A DNA stretch of 63,248 bases, the filler included, from Sphacelaria rigidula (lineage: Eukaryota): NCBI GenBank assembly GCA_964200075.2. It is 7 parts of 7 records of this genome, joined end to end, with 100 filler letters (N's around TTAATTAATTAA, not from the genome) between each part and the next. Parts side by side here need not be neighbours in the genome. Positions count along the whole stretch, not along the records: positions 9,052 to 18,002 come from CAXNAA020009672.1; positions 18,103 to 27,052 come from CAXNAA020009673.1; 5 more parts are not named here. One strand, 5' to 3'. The notes beneath the pieces are model-generated. The model ran no database searches, was not told where the DNA came from, and saw only the letters and a program-made list of their open reading frames with translations. Below, piece by piece: positions 10,978 through 23,088 of the stretch; the stretch's first letter is position 1; every line of letters starts with the position of its first letter. The position numbers and the translations under genes were made by a program.

Positions 10978-11966
10978 GGGAGGGGTAGCCCCGGACGGGT
11001 GAAATGTTTGTATGCGTACCCATCGGGTTAGATGGAACCTAGTCCCTAGATCGATGTTTCAGAGGCGGTGGCAGCGGCGGCAGCAGCTGAGCATGGAATA
11101 TGTACGCTGCTGGTCGCGCCTAGCTTGGGGTGAACAATGTCAACGGAGACACAGTTACTGGAAGTATCCGCTGAAGAAAAATGGAGGAAAGATCGGTCGT
11201 GCAAACCGTTGGTCAGGAGCACTAAAACAATTCATTTGCGGCGCTTCAGCGGTATTTTCTTGCAAAGGCGCAAAAATACTGCTGTTATCGCCGTGGTGCA
11301 GAAAACTGCTGCGGTGGCGGACGCACAAACGATTGATGCTGCTGAGGAGGTGCAGCAACCTTCTGCCGCGTGGAAGGGTGCGTCAACCTGCTGCTGCATG
11401 GGAAGGTGCTTGCACGGGAGGCTGTTGGACGGATCCCGCCGGGTAGAAGAAGGACTGGGCTCGAGGGTTCAGGGGGTTTCCACTCATTCTTCACCGATTT
11501 GGGGTTAGCTGTGTGATAATCGACACGTTAAACCTGCACGCACGTGCCACATAAATGTAAAAACACCGATTGAAATAATTATGGATGATTCATTGCAGTC
11601 TAGGACAATCTCCATGATTCAAGAATCACGAGGGTGGTGTCTGGATGAAACATTCTCAGTCATCAACGGCGTAGGCACACGGTGGAATAGAACAGACGGC
11701 ATCACGTTTTCATCATGATACGAAAGTGGACACCAGGAAGGAAAGGTGAATAAGGGGAACAAGAATTTGTTCGAGCAAAACAGATTCATGTGAAGAAACG
11801 ATGGAACCAGGAACATGAATAGCAGCGCTTCACCAGTATAACGATAACGAACAAAACAAATAAAGGGGAAGGAGAACGAAAGGAACAGCAATATAACCGG
11901 ACAAAACAGGTTCACGCGTGTGCATTTGGCCATGGTATCACGTGTCGGGGACAACTAGGTATAAAT

Positions 11967-12523
11967 TGATGGACTCCCAAGGGAATTCTGGCTCCATGTC
12001 AACCTGTTCGGACAGCATGGGAAAATCCTGGCCACCTGTCAGCCTGTTCGGACAGCATGGGAATTCCTGGATGCCTGTCAACCTGTTCGGGCACACGTGG
12101 GAAAATCCTGGCACCTCCGTCAACCTGTTCGAAAACACATGGGGAACTGCTGGCACCCTGTCAGCCTGTTCGAAAACACATGGGACACTCCTGGCCACCT
12201 GTCAACCTGTTCGAAAACACATGGGACACTCCTGGCCACCTGTCAACCTGTTCGAAAACACATGGGAAACTCCTGGATCTCCTGTCAACCTGTTCGAAAA
12301 CACATGGGGAACTCCTGGATCTCTTGTCAACCTATTCGAAAACACATGGGAAACTCCTGGATCTCTTGTCAACCTGTTCGAAAACACATGGGAAACTGCT
12401 GACACCCTGTCAGCCTGTTCGAAAACACATGGGAATCTCCTGGCCACCTGTCAACCTGTTCGAAAACACATGGGAAACTCCTGGATCTCTTGTCAGCCTG
12501 CTCGAAAACACATGGGAAACTCC
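11967..12523 (+). repeat. 41-42-bp minisatellite, about 13 units
   Basis: Consensus CCTGTCAACCTGTTCGAAAACACATGGGAAACTCCTGG(CCA/ATCT), head-to-tail with no unique spacers. Confidence 0.95.
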
Positions 12524-12539
12524 CGCTTGTGTTGTATGA

Positions 12540-14985
12540 TGCAATCATCTATATATATACATACATATGTATATATGGTTCATACAACTTCCTCGTCCAT
12601 CCATTCGATGTCTGGCTTGTATGTTAGCAACTTGCATAGTCTCGACGATAAATACACGAGTCGTTCATTACAAGCCAAAAGCCAACAACTTTCATCAGAT
12701 TAATTTTGGCATAAATCTCGGCAAAGGGATGTGTGGAACCCATGAACTCTCAAGACCAGAAGAATGTAGGCAGGACTGCCTCCGGGACGGTCATAACGCG
12801 CACAGGTAGACGGTCATCTTCCAATTAATTGTCGGAGCACGCACATGTAGACTGTCATCTTCGAATGGATTGTCAGAGCGTGCACAGGTAGACGGCCATC
12901 TTCGAAATGATTGTCAGAGCATGCACGAGTATAGACGGTCGACGGGAACTGACGGAGCATCCGCCTGGTGGCCTCATGCAAACACATTAGCATGCAGCTT
13001 CACTCATAGCCGCTCAATCGTTGTGGATCCGGGTTGATTATCACACTCATGAGTAGCTACGTAGAAATTCGCAGGCGGGCCACAACAATAATTGTTGTCG
13101 AGCAACTGTTTCAGGCTTCATGCAGTCCTGTGATCCACCGGTAATATTGATCAATTAATGGTATGTTCAGCAGTGCATCTGGAAATAAACATCCACGTAT
13201 TTACAGTCGAATGGTGAGCTAGAAGTACATGGTTGGGTTTGATATCTTAGAATCGAACAACCTCACATAACTCTCCATTTGTTTTACGCATGCATGGCTC
13301 GCATATACTCTTTGAATATATCTACCAGGGGCGCAAACGACCAAACAGGGGGAGCCACATAGAGGTTGCATCCATTTTCCATGACAATAAAGCATTTCGA
13401 GCATTAGTGATTTGCCCCCCCTGACCAGGGGGTAGGGTGAATACCTCATGCTTCGTTCATTCAAGCCTCGCAATTTATGGTCACGGCTAATAGGTACCGT
13501 GCCTGGTGGCATGTATGCAGACAGTATGACATTGCGGCTACACAAACAGATTTCCGTGCGCTAGCGGACGGCAGCGTAACAATGTCATTTTCCACTAGTT
13601 GCATACACGGTCCTGTACGAGGTGCGGTTATCAGGTGCACACGGAAACAATTGTATTGAAAGTCGCGAAGTAAAGTCAAAGCACATGGTATCGTGTCTTG
13701 TAGCATGTATGCACAACCGGTATGATATTACGGTCACACAAGCAGTGTCGTGAATTTGCGAAGTATAGAGTAAAATGACAGTATTTCACCGTTGCATACG
13801 TGACCATGCATGAGATACTCTATAAAGTGGTTCGCGTTCCCAAAAGTATATATAATATGCCGTATATACTCGTATTAACAGTACATGGCAGAGGTGATCT
13901 GGGCATCTTCCATGGGCATAGTTTGACATTCGATGTTCGATGGTGATTCGCTACGGTTTGCCCCCACAAACAGTAAAAGCACATTACTCATGAAATTTTA
14001 GCTGAGCACACAGTTGGGTGTGTTACGGAGGAGATAGTGCAGGCCATATACAATCAGTACAGTCATTTTGTACGGCGATCCTGAAACAGCATCACATAAA
14101 GAGTAACGGTTGCATGTGGTAAAAAACCCAAGGGTGTTAATCGCAACTCAATGTGTTGAGACGCAAGCGATTTTTTCAATCCAGCGGGTCTTGTCGAGTT
14201 TGAGTAGGTATGGGGCAGCATATTGTACCATGGTTCCATTTCAGTCAGCTCTATGAAACCCAAAAAAATCATAGCGTATAGCAACAGCAGCGTCAGTTGT
14301 GAACAAGTCTAACGTTAGTCTGTTCAGCGGCGCACCCTGAGCGTGTGGTTACAGCATTATGAATTGCGGACAAAACCAGGATTGTTTTGTCAGAAACAGC
14401 CCAGACAGTGGTACGATAGGCCGTTAATTTTGTTTTTCAAGTGCGGAATAATTGACTGGAATTCGTGTGCAGAGCAATCATGAAGCAGGGGAGTTGTCGG
14501 TGCAAACTACGACAGTAAAGACGTGAATGCAGCAACACAATCTTGTGTGCCCAACGGATACGGCGGTTGTAAGCAGCAGTTCAGACAGTGCAGCACAGTA
14601 TGGCGTCGTGAATTCTAGACCGCAGTGAGGGTAGTCCCTCTGCGTCATGCATATCTTTTCCAAGTGAATATTAATGCTAACTCAGCAAGTGACCTACCCT
14701 CGTGGTCAAAATGGTCAATGCTCACAACGAGGGGGCGTCGTACAGCTCTTCTTACTCACAACAACAGGGTGGCGTACAGGCACATGTGTGGCGAATACAG
14801 TAAACACAAGCTTGATGGGCGAAGACGGCATAGTGTTGTGTTGCTCTTTTCAGCTGCATCACACAGCAGGAAGCACACAGCAGCTGTTGCATGGAAAGAT
14901 TTAGTAAAGCAGTATAGAGAGTTATGCAATCTTAGCATCCACCGTGACCCTCCTCATTCAGGTCTACACGACATGATTTGGCCTA
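12540..14985. repeat. Dispersed multi-kb repeat family body, includes a second ~41-bp tandem at 12797-12940
   Basis: 12540-13540 matches 18150-19150 in reverse complement. 13420-14985 matches 25862-27045 in reverse complement, in blocks. Confidence 0.85.
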
Positions 14986-15799
14986 TATAGAGTAACAGTA
15001 TCCAGCTAGTAACATGACATGTGTGGTGTATGCCGCTAAAATATCACGTTGGGGCCAAGCAAATGCAGGACGACTGACGGAAGTACGCAAGCATCGGTGC
15101 AAACGTTTGTGCGAAGCAAAATCCAGCATTAGTACAGTACAGTACAACACAGTACAGTGGCTTATCATCAGGTGTCAACTCGGTGTTACACATCCCACAT
15201 ATCAGTGTGCGAACAGGCTTGTGTAGAGCAGCTAGCACGAAATACGCAAAAAAATCCAAAAATACTCCGCATTTATATGGCAATGTGTATGGGGCGAAAA
15301 CTTGCCACGAGTCCGTCAGTTTTTGAGCGACACAAGGTAACACACCATCGAACAGTAAGCCGCGATCGATGCAGGATAATGGTGAGGGATAACTGGTAGC
15401 ATTCATATAAAAACAGCACGCCACATCAGGTTACAGGAAAATGGGGTATCGCGTCGGTATGCAAAAGTATCGCAGTACAACTTATGTGCAGGATGAATCA
15501 TGAATCAATCGGCTGTGGCGGTGTGTCTCTCGGTCCCAACGTCTCAAGGCACAAGCAAGTTTGGATAGCAGCAGACCGATAACAGTACTTGGGGCGGGGG
15601 ATTGCACTTTAGATACCACCGCAGCAACCCGAGCATCATACTCAGTCGATTCATGGTCTCATGCATTCCAGTATCAATTGATTAGCAGGAGAATGATTGA
15701 TGATATCATGTAGGTTGCAGAAAGATGGGTATCACCTTGGTTTATGCACTGCGCAAACGTTGTGATAACGCTATTTCAGGTCATGGGGTGCACACAGCA

Positions 15800-16048
15800 G
15801 ACTCATGCCGAGACAGCCCCCCCACAAAAAGTGCACGTGAGACGGTGCGACAAAACGGCTGTGATCCCACTATTGGGCTTGTTTGCAACAATTTCGCCTA
15901 TATGAGAGGCGTGGAGCAGTTCGAAATGAGCTATTACGCCCAAATAAGTCGCGTCGTGCAGCACGAAACCAGCTTTAACGGCATTTATGATCATCGCCTT
16001 CGTGCACTTTTTTGGCCGATTCGGGGGGGGGCTATCTCGGCAGCAGTC
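15800..16048. mobile_element. Second GACT...AGTC MITE, 4-bp TSD AGCA, opposite orientation to 9105-9352
   Basis: GACTCATGCCGAGACAGCCCCC...GGGGGCTATCTCGGCAGCAGTC; AGCA at 15796-15799 and 16049-16052; interior homologous to the first copy. Confidence 0.85.
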
Positions 16049-17494
16049 AGCAGATGACCTGCTCTTATACCCCCAGTTCAACTGCAACAGACAGTAAATA
16101 GGAGTACATCAAAAGTTTGATTCAAACATTCAAGGCAGAAGGTACCTCCGATTTTTCTTCAGTGCACAGCAAGCTCCAAATCAAGCGGGCAGCATTGCAA
16201 TAGTATCCCTGGATCATGATAGAGGTATACATGTGTGCGCTTGCTACAGACACGTTGTAGTCGTGCATAGCTGCCGTAAAACGCGGTTTCACGTGGACGA
16301 GGATAAGCGCTGCATGGATGCGACATCATTTCGGCACATATATATATATATATATATATATCGGGCTATATGAACAAACAGTCCAGCGTTTGACAGCATT
16401 TACGGTCCATCACATTATTGGCTCTTACCCAGATGCAGCATGCAGAAAACCTTATTCACACGGTATCCAGTAAGCCGTGAAATCAATCCAAGCAGGTAGC
16501 GCGATGTTATCAGCATGATCCATCATTTCTTTTCCCTCCACAGGTTATAGACTGTTATGACAAAGAGTGAGGTTGGCTGTTGATTCATCACCATCTTGAA
16601 AATCTCAAAAACGCATGAATTCAAACTTGCCTCAAGGTTATTTCCCGAGGGGCGGCGAAATAGGATTCAAATACCCGCATTGTACCCTGAAATATATACA
16701 GTATATATTGGGTGTACATAACATGCGATGTCCGTCAGGTCAACAGACTACGTTGAGGTTCCCTTTCAAGGCACGGTCTGCAGGCATTGCATGATGAGCT
16801 AACTCGTATCACAGCCATAGATACTATTCACCACCGTAGCGTAGTAGAGCAGAACGGGTGTCTTGTCTTCGTGTGGAAACATCATTTCAAACTGTTGGGG
16901 GACGTCGTCAACCGAACGATATGGGTCATATGCGCACAAAAATATTTTATGTGTCCACGAGTATTTGTCAGACGCGTTGGGAGACGATGCCAAACATGTG
17001 GCGGAGCGGGGAATTGTAGTTCAAATACGCTTTATACAGTCGAATAGTCATATCAGGCACGGTTTGTTTATTCGTCATTACATGCGGGGTTATCGTTTGA
17101 GGTGAACAAAGATTTTTCATATATGGGGACCGAAACATTATGGTGGCTGATGCTTCGTTGATACAGAGCATTTCGGAAATCGCAAGAGGAGTCATCAATA
17201 CGTCGCAGATGACAACAGTCGACACAATAGTCCCGGTTGGAAGCACCATGATACAAACAGAATAGTGTTGGCCATAGTGATCGTCCACATGCGTGTCACT
17301 ACTGTACAAGTCGAGTACTAGAGCGAACAACAATAGCATTTCGGTCATGTAGGTTACACGGTTTTGCTAGCTCATGCAAATGGCTTACTTTTACTGTTAT
17401 ATATAGTTACACATTTCACCATTCCATTTGGCACAGTTCGATTTTACCATCATGTCAACCTTCTAGCATCTGCTCGCTGCTGGAATCAAACACC

Positions 17495-17908
17495 TTACTG
17501 TCTCACCGTTACTCTTGAAACAATCGTAAGCTCACAGCATGTGGGTAAGTCTAACGTAGAATGACACAGGACGAACGTCACGATATGCTTGGTCACAGAT
17601 TAAGGCCGATTTCTTTTCTCCTTCTCTCATTGGTGGTGTCGAGACTTCGCACTTCTGAACAGGAGTGGACACCAGGGTGCGCCCGATTGGGTCGGTGCTC
17701 GGAAAGAATCGGATCCAACCAGATGTAAAGAGGCATGTTTATGTATTCCGTCTCTCGACGGGTTTACATACCACCTCACCCCTGACTGCGGTAGTAGCCA
17801 GTTCCCGCAATCAGCCCTCATGGCGCGTAAGTCGTTTTGAATCGATGGTCCATCATCGTACCACCCTTATCCACCACGCCACGCCGCGATCCGTAACATT
17901 TCCCCCTC
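17495..17908 (-). mobile_element. LTR-like sequence preceded by polypurine tract
   Basis: Minus strand GAGGGGGAAA|TGTTACGGATCGCGGCGTG; homologous to 20832-21250. Distal end not defined. Confidence 0.55.
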
Positions 17909-18149
17909 TAGCACGTCCTGTTCCTCCTTGTATAGCTCACGTTCTGTCACTATATGACTCCTGCTCTCTATTGCTTTGTCACAAAGGCAATTCTGTCGAT
18001 CTNNNNNNNNNNNNNNNNNNNNNNNNNNNNNNNNNNNNNNNNNNNNTTAATTAATTAANNNNNNNNNNNNNNNNNNNNNNNNNNNNNNNNNNNNNNNNNN
18101 NNAACAAATGGCCCAAAATCCCCCCCCCCCCAATCGTAGGATGACTCGT

Positions 18150-19150
18150 AACCGTAATGTCAAACTGATTGTGCATACATGCTACCAGGCACGGTACTAT
18201 GTAAGCCGAATAGCGGTGAACAGAAATTGCGAGGCTTGAATGAACAAAACATGAGGTATTTACCCTACCACCTGGTCAGGGGGCGCAAATCATTAATGCT
18301 CGAAATGAATGCTATTATGTCATGGAAAATGAATGGAATCTCTACGTGATTCCCCTGTTTGATCGTTTGCGCCCTTGGTAGATATCTTCAAAGAGTATAA
18401 ACGAGCCATGCATGCGTAAAACAAACGGAGAGTTCTGTGAAGTTGTTTCGATTTTAAGAGATCAAACCCAACCATGTACTTACAGTTTATATTTCGACTG
18501 TGAATACGTGGGTGGTTGTTTAGAGGTCTACTGCTGAACATACCATGATTGGATCAATATTACCCGCAGCGGTGGATCACAGGACTGCATGAAGCCTGCA
18601 ACAGTTGCTCGTCAACAATTATTGTTGGTGCCCGCCTGCCAAATTTTATGTAGCTACTCATGAGTATGATGATTAACTCAGATCCACAACGATTGAGCGG
18701 CTATGAGTGAAGCTGCATGCTAATGTGTTTGCATGCGGCCACCAGACGGATGCTCCGTCAGTTCCCGGTGACCGTCTATACTCGTGAACGCTCCGACAAT
18801 CAATTCGAAGATGACCGTCTACTTGTGCACGCTCCGACAATCCATTCGAAGATGACCGACTACGTGCGTGCTCCGACGATCAATTCGAAGATGACCGTCT
18901 ACCTGTGGGCGCTATGATCGTCCCGGGGGCAGGGCTACATTCTTCTGGTCCTGAGAGCCCATGGGTTCCATAGATTCCTTTGCCGGATTTACACTGGAAA
19001 TAATCTGATGAAAGTCGTTGGCTTGTAATGAACGACTCGTGTGTTTATCGTGGAGACTATGCAAGTTGCCAACATAAAAGCCGGACATCGAATGAATGAA
19101 CGAGAAAGTTGTATGAACCACATATATATATATATATATGCTTGCACCAT
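18150..19150. repeat. Second copy of the dispersed repeat family body, with ~41-bp tandem at 18768-18910
   Basis: Reverse complement of about 12540-13540. Confidence 0.85.
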
Positions 19151-19213
19151 GCAGCGAACAAACAGGATTTGATTGCAAACAGGAAATGGGCGAGGACAAA
19201 GGCTCGAGATGTC

Positions 19214-19790
19214 AAGACCATGCTTGTCGAAGAGGTTGAAAGGGGAGCCAGGACCCATGTGTTTTCGAACAGGTTGACAGGGAGCCAGGAGTTTCCCTTG
19301 TGCGTGCGAACAGGTTGACAGAGATCCAGGATTTCCCATGTGTTCTCGAACAGGTTGACAGGGAGCCAGGAGTTTCCCATGTGTTTTCGAGCAGGTTGAC
19401 AGGGAGCCAGGAGTTTCCCATATGTTTTCGAACAGGTTGACAGGGGAGCCAGGAGTTTCCCATGTGTGTTCGAACAGGTTGACAGGGGACCAGGAGTTTC
19501 CCTTGTGCGTGCGAACAGGTTGACAGAGATCCAGGACTTCCCATGTGTGTTCGAACAGGTTGACAGGGAGCCTGGAGTTTCCCATGTGTTTTCGAACAGG
19601 TTGACAGGGGACCAGGAGTTTCCCATGTGTGTTCGAGAAGGTTGACAGAGATCCAGGATTTTCCGTGTGTTTCCGAGAAGGTTGACAGGGAGCCAGGATT
19701 TCCCATACGTTTTCGAACAGGTTGACAGGGTAGCCAGGAGTTTCCCATGTGTGTTCGAACAGGTTGACAGGGGGCCAGGAGTTTCCCATG
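19214..19790 (-). repeat. 40-42-bp minisatellite, about 14 units, same family as 11967-12523
   Basis: Units (C)CAGGAGTTTCCCATGTGTTTTCGAACAGGTTGACAGGGAG. Confidence 0.95.
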
Positions 19791-19805
19791 CGTCTTAGAA
19801 CAGCG

Positions 19806-20090
19806 CGAACGCCATTTTAGCCGAAGCGAGTAGGAACGATGTACAACAGCTGTGGGTACAAGCTGAAGTTTGACACCCCAGCAAGAGTAGCCACCGCTCA
19901 CCAGTAACGGTGTTGCTGGGCACCGGGGCAGGGGGGGGAGCTATGCATCAAAGCAGTGGTGGAAGCCTTTGGTGATTTGGGGGAAAATATCGGGCAAACT
20001 ACAGCAGCAAGGAGCAGGATTCCTGAGGACAGCAAACCCTAGTGACAGCAGGACGCCGCCAATGAAGATTTTGGGGTTAGCTGAGGAGAT
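19806..20090 (+). pseudogene. Gypsy-type aspartic protease relic, second copy
   Basis: NAILAEASRNDVQQLWVQAEV*HPSKSSHRSPVTVLLGTGAGG / SYASKQWWKPLV...FLRTANPSDSRTPPMKILG; contains a stop and a frameshift. Confidence 0.6.
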
Positions 20091-20222
20091 CACGACCGTT
20101 CCGCAACTGTACACATTGACAGATAGGAAAGTGGTGTTAGGATCAGGATCGTCCTCGGAGTGGGCCTATCGGGGTTTTTTCATGACGGAGCCGAATCTCA
20201 CTGGCTTTCAGAGTAGGAAGTT

Positions 20223-20567
20223 TTGGGCAGTTTCACTGGGCTACAGTTGGACGTGTTTCATGCCTTGTGGGAACGATATAACCCGCAAACCAAACCACGC
20301 CCATCCGTTAACCCATCTCAAGCGGAAATAGACTCTTTTGCTCGGGATGAAGCTTTGCAACTCATTCCTCGAGGGACCAGAATACGTAAACAGTTTGTGG
20401 ACAACCAAGGTGAGCGGCAGGAATTCGACGGGGAAGTGTTCGACTTCCGTCAGCCATATTACCGTATCAAGGATGAGGATGGGGATTGGGAAGGGATGAC
20501 GCCGTCGGATGTGCGGAAATATGCGGTGAAGGAACAGGGTACCGGAACCGCTTTAGGGTCTAATTAA
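20223..20567 (+). pseudogene. Retroelement-associated ORF fragment with Tudor-like domain
   Basis: GTRIRKQF...EFDGEVFDFRQPYYRIKDEDGDWEGMTPSDV fits the G-x-R-I-x-K-x-F...F-x-G-x-V...Y-R-I-x-Y-x-D-G-D-x-E Tudor-like pattern (PTM/DIR17 type), recognised by eye. Confidence 0.55.
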
Positions 20568-20574
20568 TGAAGAA

Positions 20575-20732
20575 AAAGGGATCGTTCTGCACGGTGTTCA
20601 AATTCCCTGCGTGGTCTAACCAGGCAGAGCGGTCAACAAGATCAAGGACGTCTCCGGACTGGAAGGGATCGTCCTGCACGGTGTTTTAATTCTCTACGTG
20701 GTCTAACCCGGCAGAGCGGTTATCAAGATCGG
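20575..20732 (+). repeat. ~87-bp tandem duplication in putative retroelement 3' UTR
   Basis: AAGGGATCGT(T/C)CTGCACGGTGTT...CGTGGTCTAACC.GGCAGAGCGGT..CAAGATC occurs twice. Confidence 0.8.
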
Positions 20733-20831
20733 AGGCTACACCCCGACGCTGAGCACTCGGAAGAAGGACATGGTAACGCGGCGATCCATCGTGTGAACAA
20801 CGTCAATCCCAGGGTTTTCAATCCTAGGACT

Positions 20832-21250
20832 GAGAGGGGGTGTTACGGATCGCGGCGTGATGCGATGGAAAAAAGGGGACAGTACAACGATGGGCCGTTG
20901 ATTCGGAACGAAGATACGCGCCCGGAGGGCTGACTGCGGGAACTGGCTAGTACCCGCGGTCAGGGGTGAGGATGCTAGGTAATCCATCGAGATACGGAGT
21001 ACATAAACATGCCTCTTACATCTGGTTGAATCCGATTCTTTCTAAGAATCGGTGCAATGCTATGATGCCCTGGTGTTTTCAGAACTTCTAGAGAAGGCTC
21101 TGGTTTCAACATCACCAAGGAACGAAAAAAAATCGAATCAACTGAAGCTGTGAACAAAGATGTCCTGACGATCGACGTGTACTGTACTGCGTTGGACTGT
21201 CTCCCCACGTGCTGTGAGCTTACGATTGTTACGAGAATAACGGTGAGACG
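20832..21250 (+). mobile_element. Polypurine tract plus LTR-like sequence starting TG at 20841
   Basis: GAGAGGGGG|TGTTACGGATCGCGGCGTG; homologous to 17495-17908. Confidence 0.6.
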
Positions 21251-22631
21251 GTTTGGAGCTTGAGTACTTTATGAACAGATGTGAAAGGATCAACCTGTAG
21301 TAAATTAATATGAACGAACTCGTGCACTGCGCAAGTGGATGGCAGTCAAATAATACGTAGAATGAAAGGTCCCACCCGAAATAGTGAAATTTCGTTCTCG
21401 TTGACCGAAGTTTTGTTATTTGCCTAGTTCAGTGATCAACCTGCACTGTAGAGTTAAGAAAATGTCGACAACAACTGGAGACTGTCGTTTGTTTTTATTA
21501 TGGCGCTTCTCACCGGGACTTTTGTGTTCGATCATATCATCTCCGTTGCGGCTCAAGCCAGGAGAAGTAGAATGTTCAGGAAGATGTTCACTGAGATATT
21601 CAATTTTCATATTAATAAAGAGATAAAACATGTGCTTTTTCACCACCTCGCCATAAGTTAGCAAGGGCATCACGTGACAAAACAAATAATCAGCCATCAT
21701 GATGGGCGCCGGGTGATGCGCGCTGGGAGCGACGCGCTCGTGCTCACGCTTACGACGACACAAAGGTAATCAAGCTACGGAGACCGCTATAGTGGTTCCC
21801 ACCGCGCTTGGGGTAAGATGAAGACACGCAATCAGTCGAATTATTAAAAAAATCAATGTACTCTTGACCATGACAAGTACCCCGCAAAAATAACTGCGAG
21901 ATACACTGCTGCTCAGGCGAAGATTTCAATTCTGCCGCGTACGTACGGAATGAGTGAAGTGTAACTCTTCGCCTCAAGCAACAGCGGGCAAGAGCTATAT
22001 GCTTCCATCATGAAATGCGTGCAGAACTCCACATGCCATAACAGCAGTTAATGAGATTATCATCCCGGGATCATTGACCGAACAACGCACAATTGAGCAA
22101 GAGAAATGATAGCCTGGACCGGAAGCCACAAAAATTTGCACTTGCGAAAAATATGCTTCAAGATAAGACAGCTGCTCAGGCGGGAGTTTACGTTCGTCGT
22201 GCGTACTGCTGTAATGAGCGGAGATTGTAAATACCCGCCAATGACGCGAGTCAGTGGGCCCATGCCCATATAAATAACAGTATGATCTCGGGATATTGTA
22301 TGACGACGGAGACTCAACCGAAATATTAATTGATACATGAGCTGAGGCTACGAGATGAACCTCAAGTTTAAGGTCCATCCGGGTGTGCTTGCACCGCTTG
22401 AAGATGCGTGTCCACAACGTTAGCGTAGCGATATCGCTCACAGCGTGACTACGGAGGTGGCTATGCGCTAGTCCTGTGCGCGATGCCATTTGAGTAAAGT
22501 AAAACGGCGTGCCTCCCAAGCAGTTCGATTCGATGCTCTTACAGGTAAGAGTCAGAATCTTCAGCTATTCTTGATTGAGCAGGAAGCGCGGTGTGATGTC
22601 GGAAAGCATCAGTCTCTACAACATGTTGTAT

Positions 22632-23088
22632 CCTTTAAATGCAACAGCTGCACGCACGATTTTTGACGCGTAATACAGCTGGCGGGAGCAATGTAGCGCT
22701 GTATGCACCCGTTATGTTGCACACACTGTATTGTTACACGTGAACGCCGCCCCGGTTGAATGCACTATGCCTCATATAATTACCGTCTGCTAATGCGCGA
22801 CACTGGCACATTGGGTCGGTGTTGCATCGAATGTTGCCAGAGATTATTGGCACCGCTCGTTGTCCCCTTTAAGTGCAGCACAGCCGCGCGTACGATTTTT
22901 GACGCGTAATACAGCTGGCAGGGGTAATGTAGCGCTGTATGCACCCGTTATGTTGCACACTGTATTGCTACACGTGAACGCCGCCTCGGTTAAATGAACT
23001 ATGCATCACCGAATTGCTGTCGGCTAATGCGCGACACTGGCCAGTGGGTCGGTGTTACCTCGAACGTCATCAGATTTTAGTGGCAGCG
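22632..23088 (+). repeat. ~234-bp tandem duplication (2 units)
   Basis: ACGATTTTTGACGCGTAATACAGCTGGC...AATGTAGCGCTGTATGCACCCGTTATGTTGCACAC occurs at about 22656 and about 22892. Confidence 0.9.

Noticed and set aside
11967..12523. CRISPR-like array (also 19214-19790)
   Set aside because: Units are contiguous with only 3-4 variable bases, no unique spacers and no cas genes; eukaryotic minisatellite.
11918..12703. Long repetitive ORFs over the 41-bp arrays (also 18989-19901)
   Set aside because: Open in several frames because the unit lacks stops; unit length is mostly not a multiple of 3, so the peptides cycle between frames.
10700..20110. Single ~9-kb element with giant terminal inverted repeats
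   Set aside because: The two arms are on different contigs joined by an artificial spacer, so relative orientation is arbitrary.
21416..22519. Minus-strand ORFs of 75-174 aa (similar ones at 16787-17348 and 37000-37900)
   Set aside because: No motif, splice support or codon bias; may be decayed element sequence but cannot be assigned.
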